Shown here: one piece after another, positions 1 through 11,466 of the stretch | How positions within the stretch are numbered: position 1 is the stretch's first letter | How the letters are laid out: each line of letters opens with the position of its first letter | From: Octopus sinensis | Taxonomy: Eukaryota | Assembly: GCF_006345805.1 (NCBI RefSeq) | Contig: NW_021834350.1 | Coordinates: forward strand, 1-51,501 | Length of the DNA: 51,501 bases | Direction: 5' to 3' | Notes under the pieces: generated by a model | Databases searched by the model: none | What the model was told of the DNA's origin: nothing | The model's input: only the letters and a program-made list of their open reading frames with translations | Made by a program: the position numbers and the translations under genes

Positions 1-339
1 ATTATTAACATCAAAGAGGTTATCTATACTAATCATCATGGTGCTGACATAAGTCCTTGTCTTCCCTGATGAGATGGCAGCATAATGCACCCTTTATTCC
101 TTCGGAATTAGGAATATGCAGCCTTCGAAGCATGTGTCGAGAGTAAAAGAATTTTGTTAAAATCGTTGTTCGACTCCTTCTTTCATTTATTCATATTAAA
201 AAACACACACAAATTTACACACGAGAAAGAACACGGGATCCCTGCCCTGGGCATATAGCTTCAACCGTGTTTTCTCTGACGTGAATTTGCTACCCAGGTA
301 TCGGTTAACCGAATTATCCATACTAGGATAATTCATTCA

Positions 340-590
340 CCTTCTTAAATATATATATATATGTATCTATGTGTGTGTATATGTTTGTGTGTCTGTGTTT
401 GTCCTCCCCCCACCAACATCGCTTGACAACCGATGGTGGTGTGTTTATGTAAATTAGCGGTTCGGCAAAAGAGACCGATGGACTAAGTACTAGGCTTACA
501 AAGAAATGGTCCTGGGTGGATTTGCTCGGCTAAAGGCGTTGCTCCAGCATAGCCGCAGCCAAACGACTGAAACAAGTAAAAGAGAAATAA
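340..590 (+). mobile_element. 3' half of SINE family B (CORE-like SINE with internal microsatellite)
   Basis: Colinear with the full copy at 24571-24980: gcttgacaaccgat...ttagcggttcggcaaaagagaccga...cagcatagccgcagcc...gaaacaagtaaaaga. Confidence 0.8.
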
Positions 591-609
591 GAGATTATAT
601 ATGCATACA

Positions 610-611
610 TG

Positions 612-692
<81 letters not shown>

Positions 693-742
693 GTCTGTCT
701 GTCCGTCCGTCCGTCCGTCCGTCCGTCTGTCTGTCTGTCTGC

Positions 743-820
<78 letters not shown>

Positions 821-901
821 CTATCTATCTGTCTGTCTGTCTAAATATCTGTCTGTCTGTCTGTCTGTCTATCTGTTTGTCTGTCCGTCCGTCTGTCTGC
901 C

Positions 902-942
<41 letters not shown>

Positions 943-955
943 GTCTATCTATCTA
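610..955. repeat. Compound (CTAT)n/(CTGT)n/(CCGT)n tetranucleotide microsatellite
   Basis: Seen directly; source of the YLSI/VCLS ORF artefacts. Confidence 0.97.
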
Positions 956-984
956 ATAGTATTTTATTAGCTTAAAGCTTATAA

Positions 985-1138
985 GCGATCGCCGCGCAAT
1001 GACTAAAGAGAATAGTCTAATAATGGGGTATATAAGACCTCGGCGGAAAAAAAGTAGGCTTTCCCGTACGCGTGGGAAAACCTACTTTTTTCAGTCGTGG
1101 CCTTAGACTATTCTCTTTAGTCATTGTGCAGCGATCGC
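985..1138. repeat. Foldback (MITE-like) palindrome
   Basis: Perfect 24-bp inverted repeat 997-1020/1103-1126, an inner hairpin aaaaaagtaggctttccc/gggaaaacctactttttt, and outer gcgatcgc at 985-992 and 1131-1138. Confidence 0.85.
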
Positions 1139-1558
1139 CTATCGACTTTAAGCTTGTCAATAATATTAATATGCCAATTTGTTCTTTTGTACGTACCTAT
1201 CGTGTGTGTCACACTTACTTCAAAGAAGAAGTGAGTGGCAATGTGAGAGGAGGACAGAGAGGATGTAAGAGAGAGAGAGAGAGAGAGTGTGTGTGAAAGA
1301 GGCAGTGAGTGGTGACGGTTTTCGTGCTGTGTTTTTAAATGTTTCAAAGAAGTAAGAGAGAGAGAGAGAGAGAGAGAGGGAGAAAGGGAGAGAGTCAGAG
1401 TGAGAGAGAAAGAAAGCGAGTGAAAGTGACACTGAGTGGTGACGGGGTTAGCTTTGAGTTTTTAAATGTTTATCACATCGTAAGAGAAGTAGACAGATAG
1501 ATACATACACGTAGTGTTAAATTAAAAGCGGGAGAGAGGAGAGGAACACAGAGGAAGT

Positions 1559-1601
<43 letters not shown>

Positions 1602-1639
1602 TGAGAGGGATAGTAGATACATAGTTCGAAAGAATCGGT

Positions 1640-1885
1640 GCGAGCTGGCAGTACAAGTTGCGTACTGGGGTCCATCTAATCGACTGGCCCTCTCCTCAAA
1701 AATCGTGCCTGGTAGAATCGTTGGCACGCTGGACGAAGTGCTTAATAGTATTTCGCCCGTTGTTCCGTTCTGAGTTCAATTTCGCCGAGGTCAATTTTGC
1801 CTTTCATCTTTTCGACGCACCAGGGTCGATAAAATCGACTTATTCCCTCCCCCCAAGTTGCTACCCCTGTGGAAAAACTTGAAAA
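1640..1885 (+). mobile_element. Degenerate SINE family A fragments
   Basis: gcgagctggcag head and gttctgagttcaatttcgccgaggtcaattttgcctttcatc core match the family A copies at 14929 and 44994. Confidence 0.7.
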
Positions 1886-1887
1886 CA

Positions 1888-1957
<70 letters not shown>

Positions 1958-3259
1958 ATATATATATATAGTGTAATAAATAAAATATATGCATACATAC
2001 AAACATATATGTACGTACCTACATCTACTGTATATATACATGCATATATAAATATATATACACGTGAGTACAGGACACCACAACTAGGACGTAGAAACTC
2101 AAGGAGAAACAAAACGGAAAAACATTTTTTACAACAGAAAGAACAGAGTACAGGACATATACACAAGGAAAAATCCCCTCATCAGCTGTCACTAGTTCGG
2201 CTCCAGCGTGTTTCGAAGGCAAGATAGGACACGACTGTCCAAACTAGTCCTTCCTGCGAGAGAATTAAAATAAAATTGCTTCGCAGAGGGGTAAAAACAA
2301 GCAAGAAAAAAATGTAACACAAACAGGACGTAAAAACGATACAAATAAAACCACAAAATAAAATACAAGATAATATATTATATATATATGTGTGTATATG
2401 TATGTGTATATGTATGTGTATATATAAAATTAATCAAAGAACACACCAAATTACTAAATATGTCTATCTGCTGGAAATAACAATCAAAATCCGTCCACCT
2501 GAGTCCAAATACTTGAATATATGCTGGGAGATTGTCTTAGTCCGTTTGCCTTCGGACGGTTGATTTCTGTAGTTATTATCAGTGTATTTTAGCGAATTAA
2601 ATAAGAGTTTTCACTGTTATTTCCAGCAGGTAGACATTTTTAGTATGTCCTTTGATTAATTTTAATCCTTCAGCTATTTAATGCTTTCTTTAGGGCCTGC
2701 AATCGCCTATATTATTGATTCTGTTATTAACATTTTAAAATTGTTACGCTAGATAATAACAGAGTGAATGGTATCTTCGCAAATCTTTTTTTCGTGAATT
2801 GTTTTCTCGTGAATTATTTGCTCCGTATTGTATGTGTGTGTGTGTCTGTGTGTATACAACTCATACGGTTCGATGCCAGTACAAACTAGTTAGTCCAGAC
2901 TACACTTAACGCGGATACTCTAACAAGATTGGAGTAATCTGTCATACAAACCAGAATTCTTTTACTGCTGTTGAAAAATTCACATTTAAATGTTCCTGTT
3001 TTGATGCACAAATTTATCGATTGTTATAACCATAGATACATTAAATATAAGATATTGATTATGTCTTCGACATAATCTGTTGTTAAGGTTGTTTAATGAG
3101 TGACACTCGAACACATGAACGCTGGCAAACAGAAATATTATTACTGATACTTTTCCTTGGGGGGGAAATATTTTCCGCTTTCGTATCCATAGTTTTGTAG
3201 TACTCACGCATACCACTTACTGTATAATATATGCAATAAACATATATTTCATCTTTATA

Positions 3260-3657
3260 TCTTTATATATAAAAGAGAGGTTGTGTGTCTGTCTCCTACG
3301 ATTTAGATTCCTAACTACTCTCACATTTTGCAGTGCAGTTTAACCAAAACCGGGTATCTTATAGTCGTGATTCATATCGAGCCCATCTGGGTATTAGCGC
3401 GCGTCTACGATGAGTCTACGATTTTTATAAAAAATTACCATAATTTTTTTCCATTTTAATGCATTTTTTTCGCCATTATATAAAGGAAGTAACTCTCTAA
3501 AAATGTATACGGTGAGTCAACGATTAAAAAAAAAATTACCATAATTTTGTTTCCATTTTTAATGCATTTTTTTGCTATTTTTTGGCTATAACTCTCTTAA
3601 AATGCTTATATAGTTATTTCCCTTACAAACTCGAGCAACGCCGGGCGATACTGCTAG
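3260..3657 (+). mobile_element. Non-autonomous Helitron, copy 1
   Basis: Starts TC (tctttatatataaaa), ends with hairpin ctcgagcaacgccggg then CTAG, and sits between host A (3259) and T (3658). Homologous to 27209-27604 and 50617-51012. Confidence 0.85.
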
Positions 3658-4097
3658 TTGAATATATAAAAATTAAATGGTTTAGTCTTCACGACCATTC
3701 CAAAATTACACCGCAGTCTGAGTTTGGTGTCTTGGTCCGTATATTAGAAACTGCAGCTTTATGCTTTATGGTGTGTTACATAATTTTCCTCGCACATTAA
3801 TCTCAGGAATGGCATACACCACGAGATAAGTTATTCTCGATACGGAACGATACATAAGCAGACTTCCTGAAATATGTGTGGTTCTGAATGCACCAAAACT
3901 GATTAGAAGAGACGATTAGACGTTATATCGAAAGTGCGATCTTTCGGTTATTTAACCCACATGTTACTCTCGCGAGGTTATAACCTTAAAATTGTTTTAT
4001 AGCAACACAAGATATATTTTCCTGTTTAGAACTAATTCACATGACCTGCGGGGTGTTGATATATATAAACATATCCGTGTGTATGTTTGTATGTATC

Positions 4098-4183
<86 letters not shown>

Positions 4184-4904
4184 AATATATATGCACATGC
4201 ATGCATACAAACACATATATTAATATAGTTATACATGTATATTCACACATATATCAATATATGCATGTGTGAATACGTATCAATAGATTTATATGTAGGC
4301 CGTACACACACACACACACATACATACACACACACACACAATCTAACTCTTGCATATGTAAATTCCTAACCAAACACCGGCACACAGATGCAAATATTCG
4401 GGCACTGTAGAATTCTTATATTGAAGAAAATTTGTGTACACACCCAAAGCTACTTCGACACGAACCGGGCGTTGTCACAAAACCGAATTTTTAATACGAG
4501 CTAACCAAGAAAGACAGCAAAAAACAAGAGTGTATTGATAAACGATTAAATGATTTCATCTCACATTGTCTTCTATATGTTGCCCCGCTCCGCCACTCCG
4601 CAAATTTTTCTTTGTATTACAAAAGGAAAGAAATTGAACCTCAAAAAAACCTCCGAAAAATTCAAAACCTCACCAGAACCCAAAAGACTGAATAGAAAGA
4701 AAGAAAGAAAAAAATTGTGACATAAACAACAAATGACAAATGAAAACGATTACGGAAAAAAAACAATAACTGATAGTAGAATGTACCCAGGTGTTATCCT
4801 CGTTTGACACATGTACCCAGTAATCTGGGATAACATTAACACAAAGAAAAAGAAAACCGAAAAAAGAAACAACATCCTCAAGAATTCGGATGAACGAAAT
4901 AACA

Positions 4905-5215
4905 CCCCCCCCGCCACCACCACCACCACCGCCACCGCCACCACCACCACCACCACCACCACCACCACAACCACCACCACCACAACCATCACCACCACCA
5001 CAACCACCACCACCACAACCATCACCACCACCACTACCACCACCACCACCACCACCACCACCACAACCACCACAACCACCACAACCACCACAACCACCAC
5101 CACCGCCCGCCGTCACCACCACCATCCCTTTCAACAGCCGCCGTCGCCACCACCAGCACCAACACCACCACCACCGACACCACAAACAACAATAACAACG
5201 ACGATAGCACAGGAG
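4905..5215. repeat. (ACC)n/(CCA)n trinucleotide tract
   Basis: Seen directly; gives the poly-T/P/G/V ORFs. Confidence 0.95.
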
Positions 5216-5399
5216 AATGACATCTAATGACGTCATCATTTTTTTTTATTATTTAAACACATTTTTTAAAAATATCATTTGCAATTTCACACGAAGCTTT
5301 TCGTGTTGTTTTTTTTTAAATTCTTCATTTCTAGTTGTTTATTTGTTTTCGTTTTTCGTTGACTTGTTTTTATTCTAATACTGAAGCCTAGTTTTTTTT

Positions 5400-5560
5400 T
5401 GACTGGAATTCAAGTCGGTTACAACGACGAGGGTTCCAGTTGATCCAATCAACGGAACAGCTTGCTCGAGAAATCAACGTGCAAGTGGTTGAGCACTCCA
5501 CAGACACACGTACCCATAACATAGTTCTATGGGAGGTTCAGCGTGACACAGAACGTGACA
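5400..5560 (-). mobile_element. Degenerate 3' part of SINE family C
   Basis: gtcggttacaacgacgagggttccagttgatcc...cagacacacgtaccc matches the tail of 46347-46735. Confidence 0.75.
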
Positions 5561-5589
5561 AAGCTAGCCTTTTGTATTACAGGTACTAT

Positions 5590-5725
5590 TCATTGTTGAC
5601 AGCTGAGTGGACTGGGGCAACGTGAAATAAAGTGTCCTGCTAAAAGTCACACTTCACCGCCTGGAATCGAACTCATGGCCTTAAGATCTCGAACCAAATA
5701 CCTCAACTACTAAACCACGCGCCTT
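5590..5725 (-). mobile_element. tRNA-derived SINE family D fragment
   Basis: cagctgagtggactggggcaacgtgaaa core plus reverse box B (ggaatcgaac); related copies at about 32250-32480, 41400-41640 and 49570-49700. Confidence 0.6.
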
Positions 5726-5799
5726 TATAAGCTTAGTCATTTTACGACAGGTAACTTGAGGTGAGACATTGATTGGGAGACATTTTGGGGCGCTACAGT

Positions 5800-6497
5800 G
5801 GTTGCTTTACTGTGAAAACGGGGATTTTATTGATTTTTAGGGACACTTGGGGTTCTAGATTGGACACCTTTTGCCTGATTTCAATCAAATTTTCAACATG
5901 GTAAAGTGGAAGCGGATTTGTAATTTAAGCGCGGAAAATGGGTTTGAAATTTTGAAAATTAAGCCAATATTTTTTAAGTTGAAAAAAAATTCTGTTTTAC
6001 ATATTTTTGCCTTTTATTTTTTATTGTTTACAGTTTTCATTTTTTCTGAAAGAATTTACAGCTGCATGTAGCCCGTGTTTAGAGCTTCCATTTGCATGGT
6101 CAATCGTCGAAAAATTCCCCAAATAAGTACTAAATTTAACAAAGAAATCCATTTTTCCCTTATTTTTAATCGCTCAAATAGTGGCACGCACAAAAGGCAA
6201 GTGTGCTTTCCGTTCTCACTGCCTGATATTTATGATTGATCTTTCAAAATATTTTCTTTCTCAACTTACTCAAGATCTTTTCTTTGTTATAAATGGGAGA
6301 GCGATAGATAGAGAAAGATAGAGAGTAAGAGAAAGTGAGGGAGAGTCCGAGAGAAAGGAAGAGTAAGAGGGTGGGAAAGTGAAAGAGAAAGGAGAGAGAA
6401 ACAAAGAGGGAGAATGTGGCGATAAGAAACAGAAAGGAAGCAAGAGAAATTAACAACCACACTCTCACCCGCGCGTAGAGCGGGTAACCTTAAGCTA
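5800..6497 (+). mobile_element. Possible Helitron/DINE-like non-autonomous element
   Basis: ctgatttcaatcaaatttt motif, GA-rich body, and terminal hairpin acccgcgcgtagagcgggt followed by agctaa (CTAG-like). Confidence 0.35.
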
Positions 6498-7183
6498 ATA
6501 TATATATAATGTATATTTGTATATATATATTTGTATAAGCTTTTACCTATGGACCATGTAGGCTCTGGTGGTAAATTATTTGCTCTTAACATATTGGGCC
6601 TCTAGACTATTTGTCTAAGCCATGTTTTCTTTCCTATTTTCTTTCTCCCTTTTGTTTATATTGTGTACTCTTGGTTGTCACTCTGATGAAGATCCGTAGC
6701 TTAATTCGATATGAAGATGAAGAACTTTATTCTCGCATTTATTTATAAACTGCATTTAGGCAATCTGATCAGCAACGGCTGTAAGATAAGTTACGTCACC
6801 TATTTTGTTATATCATGCTTTTTTTTGTTGTCATGCTTTTTTTTGTTGTCATGCTATAAATGTGGTCCAATCGATGTGTTTGTTAATCTGTGGTTTTCTT
6901 TATTTTCTAATTATTTGCATTGGTTCCTGATAAACTCTTGTTTATTCAGCTGTTATCTGCATTATTTGTGTATGGTGTGCCTGCACACCAATGCCTAGGG
7001 ATAATACAGGTAATTGATACCGATAGTATATACGGATATTTATCCCTTAGTCGGTTACTATAACCGCTAATTCTGTTTACACTATATATACACACACATA
7101 TATATATATACATTCACATACATATACATATACATACACACACCTACATACACACGCTCTTAAACACCACGCCATATGCCCGT

Positions 7184-7258
7184 GGGCATATGACGTAGTT
7201 TTTAAGAGCACGGGCTACTAACCCTAAGCTTTCGCGTTCGATTCCAAGCACTGACCTG
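7184..7258 (+). mobile_element. Minimal tRNA-derived SINE (family E) with (AAT)n tail
   Basis: Box A-like tgacgtagttttt, box B gttcgattcc, ends gacctga followed by aataataat. A second copy lies at 20205-20254. Confidence 0.75.
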
Positions 7259-7276
7259 AATAATAATAATAATAAT

Positions 7277-7353
<77 letters not shown>

Positions 7354-7354
<1 letters not shown>

Positions 7355-7908
7355 GCCCTGATGCAGTACCAGGCAGTGGCTCTCATGGCTTCTGATCTTA
7401 ACTGATTAGAAGTGTTATCATGTACATTGTTTTGTCTTGGTATAAAAGATGGGCTACAGCAAATATTCTGCTCAATACCACAGATTTGCTTGTCAGTTGT
7501 TTGACCTTAACCAGTCGAGCATGTCCCTTAGTGGCTGACGATATGTGCATCTCTGATCACGAGCAGAAGTTAGTGGGGGAGCATCATAGCCATGTGTTGA
7601 GAGGGATTCTTTGGGGTTTGAATAATTCACCTCTGGAAACATGGTGGATTTTCAACAATCCTTAAACAATCCTTATTCAGGGACCTTTTGAGCAGGATGG
7701 GCTACTTAACCTGAAGAAAATTCTAACTGGGCCCCACCTGCAAGGTCATGTGCTGTTTATCTTGATATGAGATCACCATGTCGCGCACATATGGTTGTGA
7801 TGCATGTGCCTGGTGTACCTTTATCAGACGGGTAGTCATGATGGGTATATTGGGCTTCGTATATTTTACCCCAGTGTCACTTTGATGGCATGCACTGCTC
7901 TCTCACTC
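7354..7908 (+). mobile_element. Unclassified ~555-bp (AAT)n-embedded element, copy 1
   Basis: Defined ends tgccctgatgcagtacc...ctgctctctcactc, flanked by AAT repeats; four homologous copies in the window. Confidence 0.9.
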
Positions 7909-7948
<40 letters not shown>

Positions 7949-8501
7949 TGCCCTGATGCAGTACCAGGCCGTGGCTCTCATGGCTTCTGATTCTTAACTG
8001 ATTGGAAGTGTTATCATGTACATTGTTTTGTCTTGGTATAAAAGATGGGTACAGCAAATATTCTGCTCAATACCACAAATTTGCTTGTCAGTTGTTTGAC
8101 TTAACCAGTGAGCATGTCCCTTATTGGATGACGATATGTGCATCTCTGATCACAAGCAGAAGTAGTGGGGGAGCATCATAGCCATGTGTTGAGAAGGATT
8201 CTTTGGGGTTTGAATAATTCACCTCTGGAAACATGGGTGTTTCGTTCAACGTCCTTAAACAACCCTTATTCAGGGGCCTTTTGAGCAGCATGGGCTACTC
8301 GACCTGAAGAAAATTCTAACTGGGATCCACCTGCAAGGTCATGTGCTGTTTATTATGATATGAGATCACCATGTCGCGCACATATGGTTGTGATGCATGT
8401 GCCTGGTGTACCCTTATCAGACGGGTAGTCATGATGGGTATACTGGGCTTCGTATATTTTACCCCAGTGTCACTTTGATGGTATGCTCTGCTCGCTCACT
8501 C
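7949..8501 (+). mobile_element. Unclassified ~555-bp element, copy 2
   Basis: Direct repeat of copy 1, separated from it by (AAT)n. Confidence 0.9.
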
Positions 8502-8529
8502 AATAATAATAATAATAATAATGATAAAA

Positions 8530-9081
8530 TGCCCTGATGCAGTACCAGGCAATGGCTCTCATGGCTTCTGATCTTAACTGATTGGAAGTGTTACCATGTA
8601 CATTGTTTTGTCTTGGTATAAAAGATGGGCTACAGCAAATATTCTGTTCAATACCACAAATTTGCTTGTCAGTAGTTTGACCTTAACCAGTTGAGCATGT
8701 CCCTTATTGGCTGATGATATGTGCATCACTGATCACGAACCGAGCAGAAGTAGTGGGGGAGCATCATAGCCAAGTGTTGAGAAGAATTCTTTGGGGTTTG
8801 AATAATTCACCCTTGGAAACATGAGTGTTTCGTTCAACATCCTTAAACAACCCTTATTCAGGGGCCTTTTGAGCAGCATGGGCTACTCGACCTGAAGAAA
8901 ATTCTAACTGGACTCCATCTGCAAGGTCATGTGCTGTTTATCATGAAATCATGCCGCGCACATATGGCCGTGATGCATGTGCCTAGTGCACCCTTATCAG
9001 ATGGGTAGCAATGATGGGTATACTGGGCTTCGTATATTGTACCCCAGTGCCACTTTGAGTGCATGCACTGCTCTCTTACTC
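8530..9081 (+). mobile_element. Unclassified ~555-bp element, copy 3
   Basis: Direct repeat of copies 1-2, more diverged, with small indels. Confidence 0.9.
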
Positions 9082-9135
9082 AATAATAATAATAACAGCA
9101 ACAACAACAATAATAATAATAATAATAATAATAAT

Positions 9136-9467
9136 CTGATACCAGGAAACCCCAAAATGGCAGAAATTCAAAAGATAGTGCTCATGGGAACTGCTCATAT
9201 CCTACGCAAAATACTCTCTATGTAATCCCAAGGTTTAAAACAAACTTTTTTTTATTTAATTACTATTATTTATTTATTTATTTATTTATTAATTTTTTAA
9301 AATTTTATTTTTATGTATTAGACATTCACTAGTACAACACAAACCCCCCCCCAAAAAAACAAAAAAAAACCCCAAATATATGGCACAGAACTTCCAACCT
9401 GTTGTCTCTTGAGGTCTCTGGGTGAGACTTGGAGCCAACTAGTACAGACATAAAGCAAAAGTCAAAC

Positions 9468-9468
<1 letters not shown>
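9136..9468 (+). mobile_element. 3' end of an R4/Dong-type (restriction-like endonuclease) LINE
   Basis: Encodes LIPGNPKMAEIQKIVLMGTAHILRKILSM* (QK.VL.GTAHILRK C-terminus typical of RLE LINEs); 3' UTR gaggtctctgggtgagacttgga; (AAT)n on both sides. Confidence 0.8.
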
Positions 9469-9527
<59 letters not shown>

Positions 9528-9528
<1 letters not shown>

Positions 9529-9662
9529 CACAACATCGAAAAATACCTTAGGTTCGAAATTTCCCCAAGATACCCGAAGAAGCCGAAACGTGTTAACAAA
9601 AGACAAGATGACGACAAATATCCATCGAATGTAAATAATGTAAATAATGTAAATAATGTATA
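9528..9662 (+). mobile_element. Penelope-like terminal repeat relic
   Basis: cccgaagaagccgaaacgtgtt hammerhead remnant and (aatgtaaat)n tail; homologous to 21308-21445 and, in reverse, about 20150-20204. Confidence 0.55.
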
Positions 9663-9999
9663 TACTGTTGCTGTTTAGTCCCAGGTAAGTCATGATTGAG
9701 TAAGCCCATGATGAAAGACATGTTCAAACCGTAATCACCGTGTCGTCTTAGGTGTGTATTGTATTACATTAGCTAATATATATATATATATATATTTTTT
9801 TTAGGCAGGAAAGTGTGATTTGAGGACAGTGTATCTGCAGTTTCTAGTAGGTCACGTGAGGGATACGTGAAGGGTCTCTCAATGCCCTGATGTGATGTTG
9901 TCCGGTTTCAGCTGGAACTGAAACTGTTTGGTTATTCTTCGTATAGTTGGCGTGAAGTTGCTCAAAAAAAGATCACCAATTTTACTGAAAAGCTGGAAT

Positions 10000-10111
10000 A
10001 AAAAATTTTTTCTTTTTCTTTCTTTCCTTCCTTCCTTGTTTGTTTGTTTGTTTTTTGATTTCTTTCCACCCTTCCTTCTTTCTTTTTTCCTTTCTTTCTT
10101 TCTTTTATCCT

Positions 10112-10143
<32 letters not shown>

Positions 10144-10380
10144 TCCTTCTTCATTTCTTTCTTTCATTCATTCATTCTTTCTTTCTGTCTTTCTTCCTTT
10201 CTTTCTGTTTATTGATTCCAATTCAAAACAAATGGTTTCGTCCTCGTCCTCCACGTCCTCCTCATCCTCCTCCTCCTCCTTCTTCTTCTTTTTCTCCTCC
10301 TCCTCCTCCTCCTCCTCCTTCTTCTTCTTCTTCTTTTTCTTCTTCTTCTTCTTCTTCTTCTTCTTCTTCTTCTTCTCTTC
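10000..10380. repeat. Polypyrimidine compound microsatellite (CTTT/CCT/CTT)n
   Basis: Seen directly. Confidence 0.95.
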
Positions 10381-10639
10381 AATCCAAATTTTAGTACCAG
10401 TTGGGGCCAAATACGTCGGATATTAACAATTTCGCTACTTTCCAGTTTATTCTTTTACACACACACACACACACATACATACACACATTTATATATATAT
10501 TTATATATACGTATGTATGCATCTGTGTATATATATATTATAATATTATATAGATATTTTCATATATAATATATACTTATATATATTACGTACATAATAC
10601 ATACCATCATATATATATATATATATATAGTATATGTAT

Positions 10640-10696
<57 letters not shown>

Positions 10697-10913
10697 AAAA
10701 CACGCGCACTTACATAGGAAGGAGATGGGTAGACGCAAGGCCGTAAACGCTTTTTTTATTTTCTTTTTATTGGTTTTTGCTAAATTTGTTCGTCTGATTC
10801 CAAGTAAAACGTTTTGTATACTTTAATAGAAAACCATCGTACTGTTTTAGCACGTCAATAAAGCTTGTCAGTTATAGATGTTAATGAGCCAGGAGAGAGT
10901 CAGCTCGTAAGGG

Positions 10914-11355
<442 letters not shown>

Positions 11356-11466
11356 ACTTAGAAAGGTTTTGGCCAGTATTGGCCCAGGCCATGTCTAACT
11401 TAACAGCACCACCTGGCGAAGTCTTTCAATCAGGATTTGGGCACCAAGGCCCATTCGAGCAGAGAG

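Noticed and set aside
506-975. ORFs of 112-124 aa (YLSI/VCLS repeats)
   Set aside because: Translations of tetranucleotide microsatellites. The same applies to the many IYIY, THTH, poly-L/I/Y/N and ERER ORFs across the window.
2165-2260. CUGAUGA and GAAA motifs on the minus strand (possible type II hammerhead)
   Set aside because: Stem III and the NUH triplet cannot be formed.
2480-3200. Possible Penelope GIY-YIG or other coding remnant
   Set aside because: Only vague Cys/His spacing with many stops; no motif I can assign.
3893-3947. Hammerhead-like arrangement (ctgatta...gaaa...atc)
   Set aside because: G8 is absent and stem II is weak; at most a dead relic.
4670-5239. Poly-Gly/Pro/Thr/Val ORFs resembling mucin or glycine-rich proteins
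   Set aside because: They arise from one (ACC)n tract that is open in several frames on both strands; no supporting splice or domain context.
6680-6720. ctgatgaagatcc...cgata Penelope-like motif
   Set aside because: GAAA is mutated and there is no stem I pairing.
7354-9081. Tandem repeats as a CRISPR-like or satellite array
   Set aside because: The units are ~555-bp dispersed-family copies separated by microsatellite, in eukaryotic DNA, with no unique spacers or cas genes.
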